64,000 bases of DNA from NCBI GenBank assembly GCA_046483985.1, contig JAWOCD010000040.1:32001-96000 (forward strand). Reading direction: 5' to 3'. Below are positions 49,701-59,684 of the stretch, piece after piece; position 1 is the stretch's first letter; the number at the start of each line of letters is the position of its first letter. The position numbers were made by a program, and so were the translations under genes. The notes below the pieces were generated by a model that saw nothing but the letters and a program-made list of their open reading frames with translations, searched no databases and was not told where the DNA came from. The stretch comes from Promethearchaeia archaeon (GTDB taxonomy: Archaea; Asgardarchaeota; Lokiarchaeia; Sigyniarchaeales; SOKP01).

Positions 49701-50238
49701 CTTCCATCTCGAAATTAATTGCGTCTGCTTCGCATTCCTCTAAACAAAGCTGACATGCGCCCTTGGTTAAGTAAAGGCAATTCTCTTCATCAATCGTTGC
49801 TTTTCTCGGCACGGCTTGCGGAAAGGGTATATAAATCGCTTCCCGATTCCCCATTCCCTCTTCAAATTCATTAGGTATTTTTTTCATCGGGCATTTGGCC
49901 GAACATTGTCCACATCCAGTACATTTATTCCAATCAACGAAGCGTGCTTTTTTTAGTATCTTTACTCCAAAATTACCTACTTTTCCAGATACTTCTTGGA
50001 CTTCAGAATATGTCAATAACTCAATATTTGGATGACGAGCAACCTCCACCATTTTTGGCGCAAGAATGCAAATTGAACAGTCAAGCGTTGGAAAAGTTTT
50101 ATCTAACTGAGCCATCCGTCCTCCAATTGAGGGAGACTTCTCAACTAGGATCACTCGATATCCTTGATCCCCCAGCGTAAGGGCAGCTTCAATTCCTGAT
50201 ATTCCGCCTCCGATTATTAATATATTATTATTTGCCAT
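46702..50238 (-). CDS. hdrA: HdrA (two FAD modules) fused to C-terminal MvhD
   Basis: Two IGGGIxG motifs, LDKTFPTLDCSIC, CVGSR..YCS..CC twice, FLEAHIKLRPV; MvhD part FLCNWCSYAGAD..RVMCSGR..GCHIGDCHY..WVSASEG. Confidence 0.93.
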   Translation of the reverse strand: MANNNILIIGGGISGIEAALTLGDQGYRVILVEKSPSIGGRMAQLDKTFPTLDCSICILAPKMVEVARHPNIELLTYSEVQEVSGKVGNFGVKILKKARFVDWNKCTGCGQCSAKCPMKKIPNEFEEGMGNREAIYIPFPQAVPRKATIDEENCLYLTKGACQLCLEECEADAINFEMEDEIIEYNVASVIVATGYDLLDPSVLARYHYEEYPNVITAMQYERLLSASGPTGGELIRPSDDKHVQNVAFVGCVGSRNESLCAYCSKFCCMYMAKEGVVTREHSPETEVTIFYNDTRVIGKNQEKFIERAKNEYGLKYNHGIPGDVREDPEARDVLVKHANLDTGEVETSRFDLVVLANAVVPRAGTEELAKILGIQTNPLGFFQTKDSTEDLRSTREGIYVTGSCQSPDDIANSVAKAGGAAALAALHAEPLSEEEQKVELPPLKTVKEKEKPRIGVFVCECGINIGGYMDIPEIVDYSETLPDVVFSMHNKYSCSSLTQDIIKEKIKELDLNRVVVAACTPRTHEPLFQKTIREAGLNEYLFNFVSIREMDSWVHMNNEEKATDKAKDLIRMGVARARFLKPETPIKGEVIPEALVIGGGIAGITAAMEIADKGYKVHLVEKDEKLGGQLNLIYRINFDRINSREFLAQELEKYKAYDNITTYLNSKVKDVKGSIGDFNIKIYDKSSDEVTAINTGVIIVATGAHEYKPKGWYHYGEEGTEDTVMTQLELSEKLRNEELQDGETLVFIHCVGSRQTDPEKGVPYCSLICCSESIRHALYVKENYPNSEIYVLYRDIRVGTDEEQYYWDAREKINYLRFNEYPEVERNNGTFTVSVKDILTQTNLDIEANRVVLSTPLIPYDTKLLSELLKVPRDENGFFLEAHIKLRPVDFATDGIFLAGTAHGPKSIADSISQARAAAAHALIPLITGMVENEPLVSVVDPSKCIACQRCEEVCNFGAIGVNFEKEVLVSESNPLLCKGCGDCAAACPAGAITMSHFADEQLIPMVQEAVKGEFVDERPRIIAFLCNWCSYAGADTCGVSRFQYPTNIRPIRVMCSGRIPKSYILQAFLEGADGILIGGCHIGDCHYLEGNYDTLRRYRDLHEILDKVGINPDRLRIEWVSASEGKRFAQVVTDFVNQIKEIGPLSDHEKFGDKLALEEEKNIKEKEQKEEKTVSV

Positions 50239-50795
50239 TTTTAATCATTTTTTTGAATTATTATTCCAATTTTGATTATATTATCTAAAACAATGTGTTT
50301 TTTACTGATTTTTTGTGGAATCCGATATTTCACCAATGTAATAACGATTAATTCCAGTAAAAATTATTTACCAATATTTAGATGTGATAAATTCATATAT
50401 AAATCTTGTGTATTTTTAAGGTTTTCGTCATTCTTGTTCGAAAAAGATCAGAAAAAGTGATAATTTGATCATAAAAAATTATATGATATAAGAAAAAATT
50501 AGGAAAATCAGAATGTGGGGACGAATTTTTCCATAACAGTAAAAAAATTGAAATTCTCTACTATTTTTAAAATCCTTAAGTAAGTAAACTGATATGCATC
50601 CTAATTCAAATGTTAAACATTTTTCAACGTAAACCATTCTATTAAAAAAGAAAAGTGTTTCATTTGAAATTTGTTTAGGGAAATCAATTGAAAGTGAATC
50701 CTATTCACTAAACAGAAAACTTTTAAAACTATTTTCATTAATTTTATTGTAAAACTAAAAAATGTTTGATTATCAAATGATGGTTGATTAAAAAA

Positions 50796-52709
50796 ATGGT
50801 ATCATCAAAAACTTCAGCAGAAACTATAAGCATTGAAACTGATGTACTCAGTCAAGAGAACCTGGATAAGTTAAAGGCACTAAATAATGAAAAAATATTA
50901 CAAGTCGTTGGAGAATTCGTCAAGATATGTAAACCTTCCAAAGTAACCGTAATTACGGATTCCGAAGAGGATATCCAATATGTGCGGGAAAAATGTATTG
51001 AAATCGGTGAAGAGCGAAAATTAGCCACGGAAGGACATACTGTGCATTTTGATGGATTCCAAACTATGGAATATCATGACCAAGCCCGAGATAAAGAAAA
51101 TACCCGGACACTCATTCCTGAGGGCGAATATGAATCACCGTGGATTAATACGATTAATAGAAAGGATGGACTTGACGAGATTCTTGACATTATGGATGGA
51201 TGTATGCGTGGACATGAATGTCTCGTCCGATTCTTTTGTCTTGGACCCACAGATTCTAAGTTCTCAATCCTAGCCTTACAATTGACCGATAGTTTTTATG
51301 TTGCTCATAGTGAAGATCTTTTATATCGCAAGGGATACGAACAATTCAAGAATATGGAAAATTCCGATGATTTCTTCTATTTTATTCATTCATCGGGCGA
51401 ATTAATCGGAGATCCCCCTGTGACGAAAAATATCGATAAACGACGTATCTATGTTGACTTAGAAGAGGACCGCGTATTAAGCGTGAACAATCAATATGCA
51501 GGAAATTCGCTTGGACTCAAGAAGCTTGCACTGCGATTAGCGATTCATAAATCCAGTCGCGAAGGGTGGTTAGCGGAACACTTTTTTGTTTTAGGAGTCC
51601 ATCCCAAAGATAAGGAGCGCGTTTCTTACTTCTGTGGTGCCTATCCCAGCGGTTGCGGAAAGACCTCAACTGCCATGCTTCCAGGACAAACAATCGTCGG
51701 AGACGATATTGCCTATTTGCGTCAGTGGGAGGACGGACATTGTCACGCAGTCAATATCGAACAAGGCGTGTTCGGTATCATCCGAGATGTTAATAAAAGG
51801 GATGACCCAGTGATATACGAAACAATTACGAACCCAAAAGAGGTTATCTTTTCAAATGTCTTGATTAACAACGGAGAGCCTTATTGGTTAGGGATGGAAG
51901 ATGATACTCCAAAAGAAGGATTTAACTTTTCAGGAAAATGGTGGGAAGGAAAAGTTGATGAGAATGGAAGGAAAATTCCGCTCGCGCATCCAAACGCTCG
52001 ATATACTGTAAGAATCGAAGAATTGAAAAATGCAGATCCCAACCTTCATAATCCTGATGGCGTCCCTCTTAATGCAATCTTCTATGGAGGGAGAGATTCA
52101 GATACCATGCCACCCATATTAGAAAGTTTAAATTGGGAGCATGGAGTTTTCTTCGGGGCCTCCATCGAATCGGAAACCACTGCACAAACTCTAGGGAAAA
52201 CCGGCGTTCGCAAGGCCAGTCCAATGGCAAATTTGGATTTTATTGTGGTACCTTTGGGCAAATATCTCAAAAATTATCAAAAGTTCGGAAAAACAATTGA
52301 AAATCCCCCAAGGATCTTTGCAACGAATTATTTCCTAAAAGATGAAGATGGAAATTACTTAAACGGTATGTTGGATAAACTCATATGGGTAATGTGGGCA
52401 GAAGGGCGTACACATGGAGAGTTTGATGCTATCAAGACGCCCGTAGGATATCTTCCAAAATACGAAGACCTCAAGACATTGTTTAAGAAATACCTCAATA
52501 AGGAGTACAAACGGGAAGCTTATGAAAGGCAATTTGGAATTCGAGTAGAAAATCTCTTAAAGAAAATCGACCGTATTGGCAACATGTTTAAACGAGGAGA
52601 TAATGTACCTCAATTCTTCTGGGATATACTGAACTCCCAGCGAAAACACTTGAAAGAACTAAAGAAAGACAACGGAACGGATATTATTCCACCATCTACG
52701 TTCCAATAA
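50796..52709 (+). CDS. pckG: Phosphoenolpyruvate carboxykinase (GTP)
   Basis: YAGNSLGLKK, AYPSGCGKTS, VGDDIA, HPNARYT, YGGRD; alternative TTG start at 50784. Confidence 0.93.
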   Translation: MVSSKTSAETISIETDVLSQENLDKLKALNNEKILQVVGEFVKICKPSKVTVITDSEEDIQYVREKCIEIGEERKLATEGHTVHFDGFQTMEYHDQARDKENTRTLIPEGEYESPWINTINRKDGLDEILDIMDGCMRGHECLVRFFCLGPTDSKFSILALQLTDSFYVAHSEDLLYRKGYEQFKNMENSDDFFYFIHSSGELIGDPPVTKNIDKRRIYVDLEEDRVLSVNNQYAGNSLGLKKLALRLAIHKSSREGWLAEHFFVLGVHPKDKERVSYFCGAYPSGCGKTSTAMLPGQTIVGDDIAYLRQWEDGHCHAVNIEQGVFGIIRDVNKRDDPVIYETITNPKEVIFSNVLINNGEPYWLGMEDDTPKEGFNFSGKWWEGKVDENGRKIPLAHPNARYTVRIEELKNADPNLHNPDGVPLNAIFYGGRDSDTMPPILESLNWEHGVFFGASIESETTAQTLGKTGVRKASPMANLDFIVVPLGKYLKNYQKFGKTIENPPRIFATNYFLKDEDGNYLNGMLDKLIWVMWAEGRTHGEFDAIKTPVGYLPKYEDLKTLFKKYLNKEYKREAYERQFGIRVENLLKKIDRIGNMFKRGDNVPQFFWDILNSQRKHLKELKKDNGTDIIPPSTFQ

Positions 52710-53247
52710 ATATTCTTTTATTTCTTTTTTGAAATTTCAAATTCTTCTTAACATCTTATTTTTCTTTTTCATCTTCAATTACTAATTTTCTTTTACTTTC
52801 ATAATAATTGGAATCTTCACATTTTATTAATTAGTATCTTGGGCCAAGAGTCTTATTATCTGAGGAAAGATATATTCGCAAATATCGAGGTTGGAGGCCC
52901 CGTGCAAATTGATAGGATAACGACCTTCAGCAATCTCTCTGTTTCCTTTAATCAAGCGGACCAGATCCAGGAAAAAATCCTTTGATGGTTCTCGACTGCC
53001 ATAGTCTGCTTGGCAGTATCATGCCGAAGTAAATGAAGGAGGAGGTAGAGTTTGAATTCCTCTAAGCGAGGAGGAAATTATTTTTTATTTATTTTTTAAA
53101 CTAAAAAGGTCAAAACTTATATATTCAAAAATGTTAGATCAAAACTGAAAAATTCTAAAATTTTTCTAATTTTTATTAAAAAAATTGATTAGAGAATAAC
53201 TAAGAAAAATGAAAAAGAAAATAAATTTAATTAAATGATAGTTGGAA

Positions 53248-54837
53248 TTAAGGTTGGAAGCCTTCTTCTTCAGCCGAACTTGATTTTATGATCCTGTCTA
53301 TCCTTAGGATTAGTGTGGCAAGTTCATTTCCTGATTTAATAATACTTTTCGGGAGCTCTGCGGGTTCCACAAGACCGTATTTTAGATTATTTTGAATGGT
53401 ATCGGCCACTGTATCAATTCCGATCCATTTATCCTCCTCGGTTTTATGCGCTGCGCGTAACTCTGTAATCCGTTCTATTTCTTCTAAACCCGCATTACGA
53501 ATAAGGGTAATTGGAATCTCTTCCAAGGCTAATGCAAATCCATTAATTGCCAGAGATTCCTTACCAGATACTTCATTTGCATAGGTTTTCAATTTTTTTG
53601 AAAGTTCAATATACGTGGCTCCTCCTCCAGCAACAACTTTTTTTGTATCTAATATATGAGCCAGAACAGAAAGCACATCGTGCATTGCAATTTCGGCAGT
53701 ATTCAGTACATTGTCCAAACCTCCTTTCAGTAAAATCGTCACAGATCCGGGATTTTCACAGCCTTCAAAGATAGTGTAATCGTCCATGCCAATTTCCTCA
53801 AACCTGACCTTCTGAGCATAGCCAAGATCCTCTTCTGAAGTGTTCTTTACGTCATCCACTAATTTTGCGCCCACAGCTTTTTCAACGGTTTCAATGTCAT
53901 CCTTTCCAACATTCTTAATCCCTACGATTCCTTCCTTGGCCAACATTGCATTAAATTTGTCAGCTTGGTCATGGCTATTGATCACCATATCTACCCCCAG
54001 ATCCGTAAAGATCTTCAAATAGGATTTAAGCATATTGATTTCTTCATCCTTAAATTTCTGGATATCCTCGGGTTTTTGAATTTTGATATTTGCATCATAT
54101 TCTCCCGTGCCTGGCTTTATTTTTTTCCGGATTACAGCAATTTTCGCATCTGTGATAAGATCGGGCATATTCATATGTTCTTTTCCTTTTTTAAGATAGA
54201 TGCCGTTGATCAATTCTGAATCGCTTAATGACTTTCCAGGAGATTTCACCAATTTAATATCATTAACATCAGTCAAGGTTTTATTTCCTTTGACGATTCT
54301 TACAGCCTCTAACGCCAAATCAGCGAAAAAATCTTTAAAACTAAAGACTCCCCGGGAATTCATCGCAGTTTTTGCCGCATTCAATAACATTTCTTCATCT
54401 TCTTCGGAAATCGTCTCTGCGATCTGATCCACTATGGAAATCGCTTTTGTAGCTGCTTTTTTATACCCTCTTGTAATGCTTTGAGGGTGAATCCCTTGTT
54501 CGGTTAGTTCCAACGCTTTTTCCAGCAAAGATGCGGTAAAAATAACGGCAGAAGTGGTGCCATCCCCGATCTCATCATCAATAGACTTGGCTAAATTGAC
54601 CATCATATTAGCACTCACATTTTCGATATCGAGCTGCTTTAAAATCTCTGCGCCATCGTTGGTGATGGTGCTATCTCCAAGAGAATCTACAATCATCTTA
54701 TCCATTCCTTTGGGACCAAGTGTGGATCTCACTGCTTCTGCAACTGCTTTCATCGCCTTCACATTGCGTTCTCTGGCTTCCTTTTCTCGCTTTTGTTCTG
54801 TACCTTCCCTCAATACTAATATAGGAACTTGAGACAT
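53248..54837 (-). CDS. Group II chaperonin (thermosome/CCT) subunit
   Basis: STLGPKGMDKM, ITNDGA, GDGTTS, VAGGGA, ILRID. Confidence 0.95.
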   Translation of the reverse strand: MSQVPILVLREGTEQKREKEARERNVKAMKAVAEAVRSTLGPKGMDKMIVDSLGDSTITNDGAEILKQLDIENVSANMMVNLAKSIDDEIGDGTTSAVIFTASLLEKALELTEQGIHPQSITRGYKKAATKAISIVDQIAETISEEDEEMLLNAAKTAMNSRGVFSFKDFFADLALEAVRIVKGNKTLTDVNDIKLVKSPGKSLSDSELINGIYLKKGKEHMNMPDLITDAKIAVIRKKIKPGTGEYDANIKIQKPEDIQKFKDEEINMLKSYLKIFTDLGVDMVINSHDQADKFNAMLAKEGIVGIKNVGKDDIETVEKAVGAKLVDDVKNTSEEDLGYAQKVRFEEIGMDDYTIFEGCENPGSVTILLKGGLDNVLNTAEIAMHDVLSVLAHILDTKKVVAGGGATYIELSKKLKTYANEVSGKESLAINGFALALEEIPITLIRNAGLEEIERITELRAAHKTEEDKWIGIDTVADTIQNNLKYGLVEPAELPKSIIKSGNELATLILRIDRIIKSSSAEEEGFQP

Positions 54838-55162
54838 AATTTTACCTCAGTATAATTTTGTGTCGTGTTTAATTTTCTTTAATTATTTTAAGATTAATTT
54901 TATCTATATTTTAATTAATTTACCTTCAAATTTATTTATAATGATCTCTAAATCATAATGATCAATAAAAAATATTTCCTATAGAAAAAAAGAGGAAGAT
55001 TTAAATTCGAGCTAGGTAGATTCCAGATTTGATATAAATTCACATATCCCTTTTCTTATAAAACCTATTTTCTTTCTCGCTTGCTTTCCTTTTATCCCGT
55101 AAAAAATAAGAAATCTCATATCCAAATTACCCTAAAAGGAAGTAACTCACTATTAACTAAAC

Positions 55163-55633
55163 TCAGATTTGTACGTATGATTCGTTTTTATATTCTTTCA
55201 AGACCATATTAGAAACAGAACGGGTAACTGGGTCTTTCTCGTTGATTTCTCTTATGAATTTATGGACCTCATCCGATTCTTTGAATCGACAAATGAGCGC
55301 TGCGGATTGCTCTCCTGTTGTATGAAATACGGAGCAAACCTCCTTTCTTTCAGCCAGATTGGATAAAATTTCAGCTGTATGTTTTCCATTAATTTGAATG
55401 CGAATTAAAAAGGTCAGTTTATAGCCCAACTTTTTGTTATTCAAGCGAATGGAATATCCTTGAATAATGTTATTATCCTTTAATTTAGCAATTCGATTGT
55501 GAATTGTTCCAATTGAAATACCCAGTTTATCCTGGATTACCCTGTAACTGGTATTTGAATCTTTTTGTAAAATGCGGATAATATCCCGATCTATGTCATC
55601 AAGCTTTTTCATAATAACATCCTTAAAAGTCAA
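55163..55633 (-). CDS. Lrp/AsnC family regulator
   Basis: LDDIDRDII..ISIGTIHNRIAKL..IIQGY..TTGE. Confidence 0.9.
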   Translation of the reverse strand: MTFKDVIMKKLDDIDRDIIRILQKDSNTSYRVIQDKLGISIGTIHNRIAKLKDNNIIQGYSIRLNNKKLGYKLTFLIRIQINGKHTAEILSNLAERKEVCSVFHTTGEQSAALICRFKESDEVHKFIREINEKDPVTRSVSNMVLKEYKNESYVQI

Positions 55634-55814
55634 TTTCGTCCAGAAAATTTTTCTTCATATACGATTCATTTATAGTAGTGAAAAATATTTAAAATTTTTC
55701 TCCATTCATCAAACAAAATCTAGAAAATATTAGAGCAAAGTGAAGATTGTTAAAAAAATATCCTAAATGGAAATAGAGAATGAAAAATTTTAATTTTAAT
55801 ATCTCTATCAAGTA

Positions 55815-56231
55815 TTATTTATATACATCCTTGGGATCAAATACCATTTTCCCCTTATCGTGAAATTCGCCATCTTCCTCAAATTCTCGATAAAAACAGG
55901 AATAATGACCTGTATGGCATGCAGCAACTTTTTGTTTGACCTTTAATAGGATCGTATCCGCGTAACAGTCCACGAAAACATGCTGAATTTCTTGGGTATG
56001 TCCGCTTTCTTCTCCCTTTTTCCATAATTTCTGGCGAGATCGGGACCAATAACAAGCAATGCCTGTCCGCAATGATTGCTTCACAGCTTCTTCATTTGCA
56101 AAGGCTAACATCAAAATTTCATTTGTTTTATAATCTTGGGCAATCATAGGAACTAAATTCCCTTTAATTTTAGAAAAATCGAGTTTCTTGATAAATGTAT
56201 CAATTTCCTCTTCTGAAAATGTTTTCGGCAT
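55815..56231 (-). CDS. hisI: Phosphoribosyl-AMP cyclohydrolase
   Basis: YWSRSRQKLWKKGEESGH, DCYAD, ACHTGHYSCF. Confidence 0.93.
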   Translation of the reverse strand: MPKTFSEEEIDTFIKKLDFSKIKGNLVPMIAQDYKTNEILMLAFANEEAVKQSLRTGIACYWSRSRQKLWKKGEESGHTQEIQHVFVDCYADTILLKVKQKVAACHTGHYSCFYREFEEDGEFHDKGKMVFDPKDVYK

Positions 56232-56304
56232 ATGACATCCAACTTTTTTTATTAGTATGTAAGATAAGGATTAGAATTATAAATATATTGACCAAAGAGT
56301 GATC

Positions 56305-57456
56305 TTAATTTACGTTAAGCAGTTCACGAGCTTTATCAATCTGTTTTTTCTTCTTTTTGCGGTGCTCTTTGATAAACTTAACTACTTTTTCCACGCACTC
56401 TTTTTTATGAGTTCCGCACAGTAACTCACCTTTTATACAGCGCTCAAAATCTTCCGCTAGTTTTTCATCCGATTCTTCAAATGCATACATCATAATCTTA
56501 TAAATCATACATTTCTGCGGTTCTCCACCTAATTTCTCTTGCATTTCTCTATTTTTTCTCCCTCCCGTATAGGCCCCCATAATCTTTTTCCGAATGGACT
56601 TAATGGGCTCATCGAAAGTAAAATAGCTGTTGGGATTCCGTTTTGACATCTTATCAGTACCATCTAAGCCAGGTAATAATTTATGATATGTCGCACCTGG
56701 CAAGAAAAATGCGGGACGGATGACCTTTCCATCCTCTTTTTTTTCTTTATAATAACGTCGTGTGAGATCGCGAGTCAATCGAATATGAGGATCCTGATCA
56801 ATTCCAACCGGGACAACTGTAGGCTGCACCCCATCCTTAATTTGCGGTAAGACTATATCGCCCACTTGGATCAGAGCGGCTAAGTATAACCCAAATGGCT
56901 TTTCTCCATAAATGGCATTAACCATATTTTGGGTCAGAAGTCTCCCTACTTTAAAGGCAACATCCTTCACGATCGGTTCTTTTGATTGTCTCCAGATATA
57001 TGCACTATCCTCGTCCACTTTCAAGCCAAGAGCGAGGATATCTGCCAAATTATCTACAGCTGTTGCTTGAGCCTCCTCATAGGGGATACCATTATCTTCC
57101 CATGATTCGATATCCGCAATACAATAATAAGCTTTCCCTCCCATCTTCTGAAACTCCACAATTTCCATCGCGGTAGTGAGCGTTCCCAAATGAAAGGAGC
57201 CGGACGGCTTAATCCCACTCATAACAGCCCACGACTTATCTTGATCAATAGCTTTTGCAATGGTCTTAAGCTCTCGATGGCCAAATATAATTTTTCTGCG
57301 AATAAATCGATTTTCCATAAACTTTTGGCGCGTGAGTTCATCAATACGCTCGATTCCGAATTCATCGATTAACCTTGTGTAATCTTCCTCCAAAATGTTT
57401 GAAGAAGACCACGGGTCTAAGTTAAAATTTCCAGACATTTGATAACCAATTCTCAT
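56305..57456 (-). CDS. trpS: Tryptophanyl-tRNA synthetase, archaeal type
   Basis: GIKPSGSFHLG, VPVGIDQDPH, KMSK; start may be 57438. Confidence 0.93.
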   Translation of the reverse strand: MRIGYQMSGNFNLDPWSSSNILEEDYTRLIDEFGIERIDELTRQKFMENRFIRRKIIFGHRELKTIAKAIDQDKSWAVMSGIKPSGSFHLGTLTTAMEIVEFQKMGGKAYYCIADIESWEDNGIPYEEAQATAVDNLADILALGLKVDEDSAYIWRQSKEPIVKDVAFKVGRLLTQNMVNAIYGEKPFGLYLAALIQVGDIVLPQIKDGVQPTVVPVGIDQDPHIRLTRDLTRRYYKEKKEDGKVIRPAFFLPGATYHKLLPGLDGTDKMSKRNPNSYFTFDEPIKSIRKKIMGAYTGGRKNREMQEKLGGEPQKCMIYKIMMYAFEESDEKLAEDFERCIKGELLCGTHKKECVEKVVKFIKEHRKKKKKQIDKARELLNVN

Positions 57457-57623
57457 ATATTTTTTTAACTTTAATTGGTTAAATAAATTCGTTATTCTTA
57501 AAGAGTTTTCATATCTGAGATTTACTAAGGAAAAGGCCTTAGATTAAGACGAGAGAGAAATTCCAAAACAAAAAGGGATGTTTAAGAATGATTAGAAAGA
57601 TGGGATTATGAAATCATAATTTT

Positions 57624-58562
57624 TTAGACAAGATCTTTCAAAATCACGGTGAGTTCTTCTAGAAAGTCCGGGAAAGTCTCAGTTAAGTTATCTTGCAGTT
57701 GTTTTTCAAGCAAAACAGATACATAAAAGGGGTGATCATTCACAGTTATTCGATGCAAATAGGAGACCAGATTATCTTCCATCATAAAAAAATTGAAATC
57801 CGTCTCGACCTCTTCTTCCTTCATTCTTTTAAGCAAATAGAGATGTTCTTTAATGGATTCTAGCAGCTCCACGTAAATTTCTGGTTCAATTCGTTGGCTA
57901 TAAAATTCGCTCACGATGATCCCATTTTTATCAAATAATATTAAAGATTGACATTCAAATTCATCCAATGTATAGACTTCCAATAATTCAGACAATTCAA
58001 AAAATTTCTTGTCAAAAACTGAGAGGCCATATGAGATTAATTGAATTATAGAAATTATATCAAAAATAGAGGATGATTGGAACAGCAGCTGAAAGGAAGA
58101 ATATCGTTCTGAGATTTTTTGTTGTAGTTCTTCCATATTATGAAGGAGTTTTTGATTATTCCGGATTTCGGGATCCATTTTATGAAAAGTCACTATTACT
58201 GGAATATCCATTTCCTCTTCTTTAAAATAGTTCATAATTGAGTCTAAGTAATTAAGAGATTTAGCATATGCTTCTTCATCTTGAATATCAATAACGTAGA
58301 GGAATAGATCGATATCCGCAAAATACATATCTTTATCCTCAATATATGTAGCCCGATATTTTTTTTGGCCACCCATATCCCAAAAATAGACTTGATTGCC
58401 CAAGAAATCTGTTTTATGATATTTCACTTTGACCGTTGGTCTTAACTCTTCGATCTCTTGTAGAAAATCAAATTTATTATCAAGTGCGGTCAGAATTGAA
58501 GTTTTTCCAGCGAAATCGAGGCCGCTAATGACTACTTTAATTATATTTGATCTATCTTGCAT
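57624..58562 (-). CDS. Small GTPase (Arf/Rag-like) with C-terminal roadblock/longin-like domain
   Basis: GLDFAGKTS, PT, WDMGGQ, HKMD; C-term LILFDKNGIIVSE. Confidence 0.85.
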   Translation of the reverse strand: MQDRSNIIKVVISGLDFAGKTSILTALDNKFDFLQEIEELRPTVKVKYHKTDFLGNQVYFWDMGGQKKYRATYIEDKDMYFADIDLFLYVIDIQDEEAYAKSLNYLDSIMNYFKEEEMDIPVIVTFHKMDPEIRNNQKLLHNMEELQQKISERYSSFQLLFQSSSIFDIISIIQLISYGLSVFDKKFFELSELLEVYTLDEFECQSLILFDKNGIIVSEFYSQRIEPEIYVELLESIKEHLYLLKRMKEEEVETDFNFFMMEDNLVSYLHRITVNDHPFYVSVLLEKQLQDNLTETFPDFLEELTVILKDLV

Positions 58563-58815
58563 AGTTAATTATAAATCTTATAGTAATGATATAATAAAGG
58601 CTTATTGAAATAGAAAAATATATATAATTTTAGAATTTTTTGATTGGCTCAATTTTTGGATCATTTCTCTACCATCAAATATCGCCCAATTTTTTCATAT
58701 CCTCCTTATATTCCCTTAATAATACAGCGATGTCATAGTATTTAATATAAAATCCTCGGTTAATTCTTTTCAAGAATATTGCTAAAACTAAAAATAATTA
58801 TAGTTGGTGTATGGA

Positions 58816-59052
58816 ATGGATAAAAATATTGATGATTTTATCGATTCGTTAAACTATCAGTTGCAGATAAAGGAACAGTTTTATAAGAAAATACCTTTTT
58901 CAGACCAAAAGAATATAAACAAAATGAAACCAACCTGTTTTACAGAGGAAGTGAAAGGTACTAAAAAGAATTACCAAGAGATACGGCGTCACAATATTTA
59001 TAAGGTCTTAATAAAGGAATATATGCAAAAAGTAAAGAAAAAAAATATCTAA
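58816..59052 (+). CDS. Hypothetical protein
   Basis: Short ORF with GGTG SD-like sequence and T-rich tail; no motif recognised. Confidence 0.45.
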   Translation: MDKNIDDFIDSLNYQLQIKEQFYKKIPFSDQKNINKMKPTCFTEEVKGTKKNYQEIRRHNIYKVLIKEYMQKVKKKNI

Positions 59053-59138
59053 TTTTTTTATTCTCTCTTTTTTTTATTGCGTTTCAGAAATTAAATATAG
59101 GCAATTTCAAATTTTCAGTTATAATGAACGTGATGAAG

Positions 59139-59561
59139 TTAGTCTCCCATAACTGTACAGTATATTTTTCGGTTTCTCGGTTTTTCGTCCAATTCAAGAA
59201 AGATAATTTGTTGCCATGTGCCTAATATTGCCTTTCCATTTTCCACCGGGAAGGTTTCGGAAGTCTTAACTAAAAAGCTTCGCAGATGACCAGCACCGTT
59301 GTGATCCCCCCAAGTATCATGATGCTTGTAATCCTTATCGTATGGAATAATTTTCTCAAGGAATTCTTCGATATCGTGTTTTACTAAACCCGGTTCGTAT
59401 TCGGTGGTCGAGATGGCACCAGTAGAGCCAGCCACATGGACATTCACCATCCCTTTATTAATTCCACTATTGCCTACAATTTCTTGCACATTATCGGTCA
59501 GATCAATGATATCACAATAAGGTTCGGTACTTATCGTGAAACTTTCAATTTTTGTTGGCAT
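59139..59561 (-). CDS. yjbQ: YjbQ/UPF0047 family protein
   Basis: IIDLT, EYEPGL, HNGAGHLRS, LGTWQQI..ELD. Confidence 0.9.
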   Translation of the reverse strand: MPTKIESFTISTEPYCDIIDLTDNVQEIVGNSGINKGMVNVHVAGSTGAISTTEYEPGLVKHDIEEFLEKIIPYDKDYKHHDTWGDHNGAGHLRSFLVKTSETFPVENGKAILGTWQQIIFLELDEKPRNRKIYCTVMGD

Positions 59562-59684
59562 ACCAATTCACAGAGGTATTTCTTTATTTGCTGAGAGTAA
59601 ATAATGCTTTTTACAACAAAAATTTTATTAAAAATTTTGCGTTATCCAACGAAAGATTATTACATTCAAGAGAAAAGATATATT

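Noticed and set aside
46702-50238. Selenocysteine in HdrA/MvhD
   Set aside because: The ORF is uninterrupted with Cys at all motif positions; no UGA readthrough is needed.
50605-50619. 15-nt match (TTCAAATGTTAAACA) to the mini-IS right end/guide junction, upstream of pckG
   Set aside because: Only ~11 nt fall in the guide, the adjacent bases do not match the presumed TAM, and the sequence is AT-rich and was noticed post hoc.
52855-53080. RNase P or SRP RNA
   Set aside because: GAGGAAAG is present, but the other conserved RNase P regions and the SRP helix-8 motif were not found.
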